A stretch of 64,000 bases of DNA, taken from the NCBI GenBank assembly GCA_038087875.1, contig CM075982.1, forward strand, positions 43,524,001 through 43,588,000, in the 5' to 3' direction. Positions 12,759 through 64,000 of this stretch are shown in pieces. Made by a program: the position numbers and the translations under genes. Within the stretch, counting starts at the first letter, position 1. Every line of letters begins with the position of its first letter. Source of the DNA: Malacoraja senta (lineage: Eukaryota). The notes under the pieces were generated by a model that was not told the DNA's origin, did no database searches, and saw only the letters and a program-made list of their open reading frames with translations.

Positions 12759-15162
12759 TTCATTGCTTGTCTGCAACTATTGGATGGCTAACTGATGGGA
12801 AACTGTCCTCTTTACTGTGTCACATGAAACCTGTGAGGGAAGGAGGTGATTGTGAGCTGGCCGAGTAAATGATAGCAAGTCTTCCTTTCTCTCCTCTCCC
12901 CACTCATATATGTTCTTGTGAAATCTGGGGGGCTTGACTGGCCTTCAGTTGTGGGTGAGAAATCTTTTTTCACTACTTAGTCGCTCTCATATTCTTCTCT
13001 TGAAGCACCTTGGTTGCTGTTTTTCTCGCAGAATCTCTTGCTTCACAATTGCTTGTATAAAATTAAAAATTGCCATTTAATTAGTTGCTAAGCTGATCCA
13101 AAGTCTCCTATAAAAATACACTACTAACTGCACATTTTGCATCAATACTGTTTGCAATGCTGATGCATGTGCAATTAGTTACTTCATCCAAGGCATTTAT
13201 GTAAATAAGAAATATCAAAAGTCCAGGCATTGACCTCTGTAGTATTCCACATCGCCACCTGCTCTTAAAATGTGTGCTTGCTGAAATGCTCTTCTATTAA
13301 CCGGAGTTTTTAATCCAGTTGTGTTATGTTTGAATTATGTGTCATTTTGATTATAGGACCTAATTAAAATGTTTCTAGAAGTTGAAACAAACTGTCAACA
13401 TCTATGTAATGTTGCCATTCACCAAATAGAGGTATATTGAGCAAGAGCTTTCTTAACTCCATGTCGTTACTTATTAAGCTTTATTGTACAAGCACTCTAG
13501 TTACTATTTAAACTATTGCTGCACAAGTACACCTCTATACTGAGGAATAGTTTTTATTAATAAACACAGATTTTACTTTAATTTCGGAAGATCTACGGCT
13601 TCTTGGATTTTACTTTTGAATATCCTATGATCACATACAAAGGATGAGCCCAGAAAACTTAAAATTACTCTGCTGTGAGGACAATTTTTTCTAAGAACAG
13701 TTTATATATCGTAAATAACGAAATAACCAACCAGGTTTTGATATTTGTCAAAAGAAAATGCTGGGCAATTTATGTTAAATTAGTTAGAAATAGGGTTTGA
13801 ATTCTAGTTTAACTTGGTTAAAATAATCTGTCAGTCCTTTAGGGGGAAAAAAAACTTCAACATCCGCCCCTTGTTTACAGGAAGTTCTGCTTAACTATCA
13901 TGGTGTTCCCTCCCAGCAAAATGAGTGAAATTAATTGTTTCCAGCAAATCAGAAAAAAACAACATAAATTAGCCCCACATTGATTTTTTTAAAATCTGTT
14001 TAATACAGTACCTATGCCTGTGGGGGAAATAAAGATACTTTGAATAATGGAGAGAATGAAATGGTTCTTTAATGTGGTCTGGTGTTGACTATAGTGAGTT
14101 GCCATTGACTTGTTCAGCTGACCTTGGTGGTTTGCTACAATGAAAATAGATTTTGCGACGCTAAAGCAAAACCATCTTAAAGCCAAATGCAACTCCAACA
14201 TTTCTGTTTCAGCGCCATATGAACACTTATTCCTTTGAAAGCCTGCAAAATGAGAAACGGGTGTTAAGTTGAGATACCTTCAGAAAAAGAACAGTGTCTA
14301 AAGCTTTGCAGATGGTGTTCTGACTGATTTTTTGCAATGCTGAGGAATACATCAAACCACAGGTTCAACAAGCTCTGTCAATTGTGACTTTTGGCAACCT
14401 TGAAACAATATATATGACAATTTAACAGTTTTGTTTTCCTTCAGCAGTTTCTTATTTGGTATTTTCTAATAACGTGTGAGCACTTTCAACATGATAATAT
14501 GAAGTGCTTCTAACATTACACCAGTGTCAATTGTACAGTGGAGGTTGGCTGTTAGGAACAGAATTAACTCCTCAACAAATACAGGGCAGTAACTTTCCCC
14601 TCAGTCTTATGCTATGGTTTGCCCTGACCATGAGTTTGGGCATTTCATGGCATCAACAAAAATCGGCGTCATTTTGCTTGGTATATATGCATTCTCCCTC
14701 ACTCTCTTACTCACATTTTGTTGTAAAGTATGGTTAGTTCTAGTATTGTTTGAAAGTAAACATTTCATGTCATATGAGACTAGTTTGTGAATTAATTAAC
14801 AATCGGAACAAATAACTATCATCTTTAATGTTAACCAATTATTTCTTTTTAAAATCTAAAGGAAATGACATGTTGCACGAATGGAAACTGACGTATTAAC
14901 TGTTTCTGCAGAGGTTTCCACAGAAACCAGTTATGTGTAGTCGTGATTCTGAAGGCATTAATTTTTGATTAACGTTAATCATGCTGACACATTAGATACC
15001 GACACTATCTTGCTGCTTATTTGAAAAAGCATATAAAGGTGTGAATGTTTATTTTAAAACAATTTAGAAAGATTGACATTTTCTGAATAGGGGATAATTA
15101 CTATTTGAGCTGAGTTTTTACTAATTCAGGTTTTTTTTCACAGTTGCTGATATGTGTTTAAG

Positions 15163-61231
<46,069 letters not shown>

Positions 61232-63785
61232 CAACTCAGGATGGCTGACTATCAATCCAAAAGGTTCACCTGGGTCCATGTGGCTTGTGAAATCAGTGCA
61301 CTAAGGATCTACAGCAGAGACTTGCACAGAGAAGGAAACGGTGCCATCTTGTGTGCTGCTGGTGTTTGGTGTGGCCCAACCAGAACCGCTGTGCCAGCCT
61401 GCTAAGGTGTTCACTTCTTAAGAAAGAAGAACTGTTTCTCTGTTTTTATTAGATGTTTTATCGAAAAGCAGACTCCTGGTGACAGGGCAGAGCTTGATCG
61501 AAAATTCAAATTGTTTAGGATTTGCTTTGGTTTTTAATTGTCCTTCAATGTCATCTTTGCTTGCCAAATCTTGCATCTACTTTATTGCAGTACCTAGCCA
61601 TGTTTATTTTCCTGACAGTATTGTGAAATGTCACTTGCAATGTGGTCATTATACAGCTGCGGACATTTGGGGGAGAAAAATATTGCCATGTGTCGGCATA
61701 GAACAGTGTGCTTGTGGATGCACTTTAGAGAAGATTGAAGTAATCGAGGTTCACTGTTCTTGTGATCAGTGTAGCCCTGGCTGCACACTGGCACATCCTT
61801 GGTTTCGTTTTCCGGATTATCTTTGCATTAAGTATTCCATTGGTATTTCAGAAAGATCACAGAATATGTATCTCAACATCCAACTTCTTAAATCTGCATA
61901 TGCAATGCCTAGCAATAATAATCTTCGTTTTGAAATATTGCAGATAAAAAATTTCATATGGGAGTAATACAAGGTGCGTGCTGTTGACTGTAAGCAAGGT
62001 ACTGCAGCATGGAACACCTGGAAGCTGGCTCCTGTGAATATATCATGTAAATAATGAATACAATATTATATTATATATACACTTTTATAGGTCACATTTA
62101 AGGATTTTTTTTTGTTTGCACAGCATTGGTGAGGCTAATTATTTGTCGGACTTATTTCTGTATACATGCCTTTAAGCATCAGTTCAGGTTGTCAGTCCTA
62201 TTTGCGCCTGGCATTGACAATGGAACTAATTTGTACGAATGTGCAAAATGTTTAGATTTTCCCATGTCACCATCCACTTTTTAGTTTTGTAGAAGGCTGT
62301 GGAAGGCTGCATTTCTTTCTCTTACTCCTCCCTCTCACTCAACTCCTGATCCCCACCTTCCCCAATTTCATTTATAAATAGAAATGCTTCTGAAAAGTAC
62401 AACTCTATTCATCTTAACCTTTAAATTGAAGCTAGGATCGACAAAACACCAATTGATCAGAAAGTATGAACAATGATTTATTTCTTCCTGTTTTCCTTTT
62501 AATTTGTATTGAGACAGAATTGCCCATCATGCCATTTGGCTATCCTCGCCTCTGAGAGGAAGGGAGTGAGTTGCTTGTAAATTGTTGAACAGATACTAAT
62601 TGCTGAATCCCTTGTGATGGATAATGTAAGGATCATGGTGAAGAGACGACTTTGGCAATCCACTACTTCGGGGAGGTCGAATATAAATTTGAGGCTGAAA
62701 ATGAGATTCAATTATGACATCAAGCCTCAAGTGACATTACCTCAAACGGCAATTTACACAGTTGTACTCCAAAGGAATAATGGTCTGAGCTTTGTGTAAC
62801 TTACTGATTTTGTATAATTTTGAATGAGCAAACTCCATGATGATTTGATGAACTGAGCAATGTGCAATTCCATGGGCAACACAGTAACTACTGTAAGACT
62901 AAATATTGTTTGCGGGGATTTTTGCGGGTTCTGGAATTCTGTGTTGCATCTGTCTTCAGCTCATTGAGCTGAAAATAACTGTGTTAAGAGTAAATGCCAA
63001 TGATTTCAGAAAGTTTAATGAAAGACAAAATTCCTTGACTGCAGTGGGGTTTATTTTTTGCAAGTTAGAAGCATAAATGTAATACTGTCGGTGAACGAAA
63101 AAAGATCAAACTATAAACATAACTGGCAAATCACCTTAAAGATAACACAGGGTGGAGTCATTTTATATACTCTTAATTGTTCATTGCCTGAGCTAATTCG
63201 ACTTTGCTTTACCTTCCATTTTCCTTGTTTATTCTTTAATTTGTTTCTGCGTACCAATGTTTGGTCTGCATCATTTGCTAAGATGAATGTCTGCTACTGC
63301 ATTAAGTAAAATGTACAGCAAGGACATACACACAAAATCATGACCTCTATTTTAATAGAGTTGGATATGCCACTGTCAAGATGAAACTTGTTTCCCTAAA
63401 TAGAAACAACATTATAAAAGGATACTTTTACTGAATGATTTTAGCTTAAACGTTCAGTTAGTAAAGAAATCTATGCAACAATTCAACCACAATTAATGTT
63501 TGCGTGGAGATTGAGACAAAATGCTATTTCTGGCAACAATATTTTCACAAATTGACCTACTTTGGCTGAAGTAATGGATATGTTTTGTGTAGTTAATGGC
63601 CTGAGGCCACCTCTGATCATATTGATCACTTAACAGTTTTTTTTTTAATGACTTGTTGCTCTCAACAGCAGCTGATACATTCCACGACTATTCAATGGAG
63701 GGTTGTTTTTGTACAATCCATTCACAGGAGAAACGCAGCTTTTAATGTTCACTTTTGAATAAATTACTGTTCTTAACTTGAAAGC
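61232..63785 (+). other. ncoa3: Probable ncoa3 3'UTR
   Basis: AU-rich, repeat-poor ~2.5 kb after the stop; AATAAA at 63758-63763 with repeats resuming after ~63830. The 3' end is inferred. Confidence 0.6.
63758..63763 (+). terminator. Candidate polyadenylation signal AATAAA
   Basis: Canonical hexamer at the end of the repeat-free block, followed by T-rich sequence. Confidence 0.5.
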
Positions 63786-63844
63786 AGATTTGCTTCATTG
63801 TGAGAACTTTGATCAATAGTACCTGATTTAGTTTAGTTTGGGAG

Positions 63845-64000
63845 TGACACAGTGGCACAGCATCAGCACAGCTGCCTCACTGCTCAAGTGACCCAGATTC
63901 AGTCTTGATTTTGGGCTCTGCCTGTCTGGATTTCGTACGTTTTCCCTGTGACTGACTGCGTGGGCTTCTTCTGGTGCTCTGGCTTCCCACATTCCATGAT
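63845..64000 (+). mobile_element. V-SINE 5' portion, cut by the window end
   Basis: GACACAGTGGCACAG...GCTGCCTCAC...GTACGTTTTCCCTGTGAC...GGTGCTCTGGCTTCCCACATTCC. Confidence 0.7.

Noticed and set aside
12435-12868. Twin ORFs with the same hydrophobic N-terminus (MSEVS.LLLCSFILLLVLYIQAVL), resembling a toxin/antisense pair
   Set aside because: Fully explained by the DNA inverted repeat; no evidence of coding.
61479-61967. 162 aa Cys-rich ORF after the ncoa3 stop
   Set aside because: Starts at GTG, lies in the 3'UTR, has no recognisable domain; consistent with chance.

Overview
Vertebrate nuclear DNA. The repeats (HE1/V-SINE-like tRNA SINEs, CR1, Penelope-like, Rex1, Tc1) suggest a cartilaginous fish, probably a ray or skate (inference). 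The window holds the whole coding region of one + strand gene, nuclear receptor coactivator 3 (ncoa3/SRC-3/AIB1, p160 family). It has 20 GT-AG coding exons from ATG 15163 to TGA 61231, encoding bHLH, PAS-A, PAS-B, three LxxLL NR boxes, the CBP/p300-binding domain and a C-terminal QKYC, followed by a ~2.5 kb 3'UTR. As written, the CDS has four single-base deficits (~33572, ~33887, ~34018, ~57572). These are most likely consensus errors, and adding one base at each gives a ~1447 aa protein. The introns are dense with transposons, several with readable TSDs or TIRs. The most notable non-genic signals are a dispersed family of short Penelope-derived fold-back insertions carrying minimal hammerhead-ribozyme cores, a 91-bp-arm near-perfect hairpin upstream of the first coding exon, and two very similar L1-like 3' ends in inverted orientation 44 kb apart. 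No CRISPR arrays, rRNA or genuine tRNA genes were seen. Comparisons with human NCOA3/NCOA2 are from memory and need confirming by alignment.
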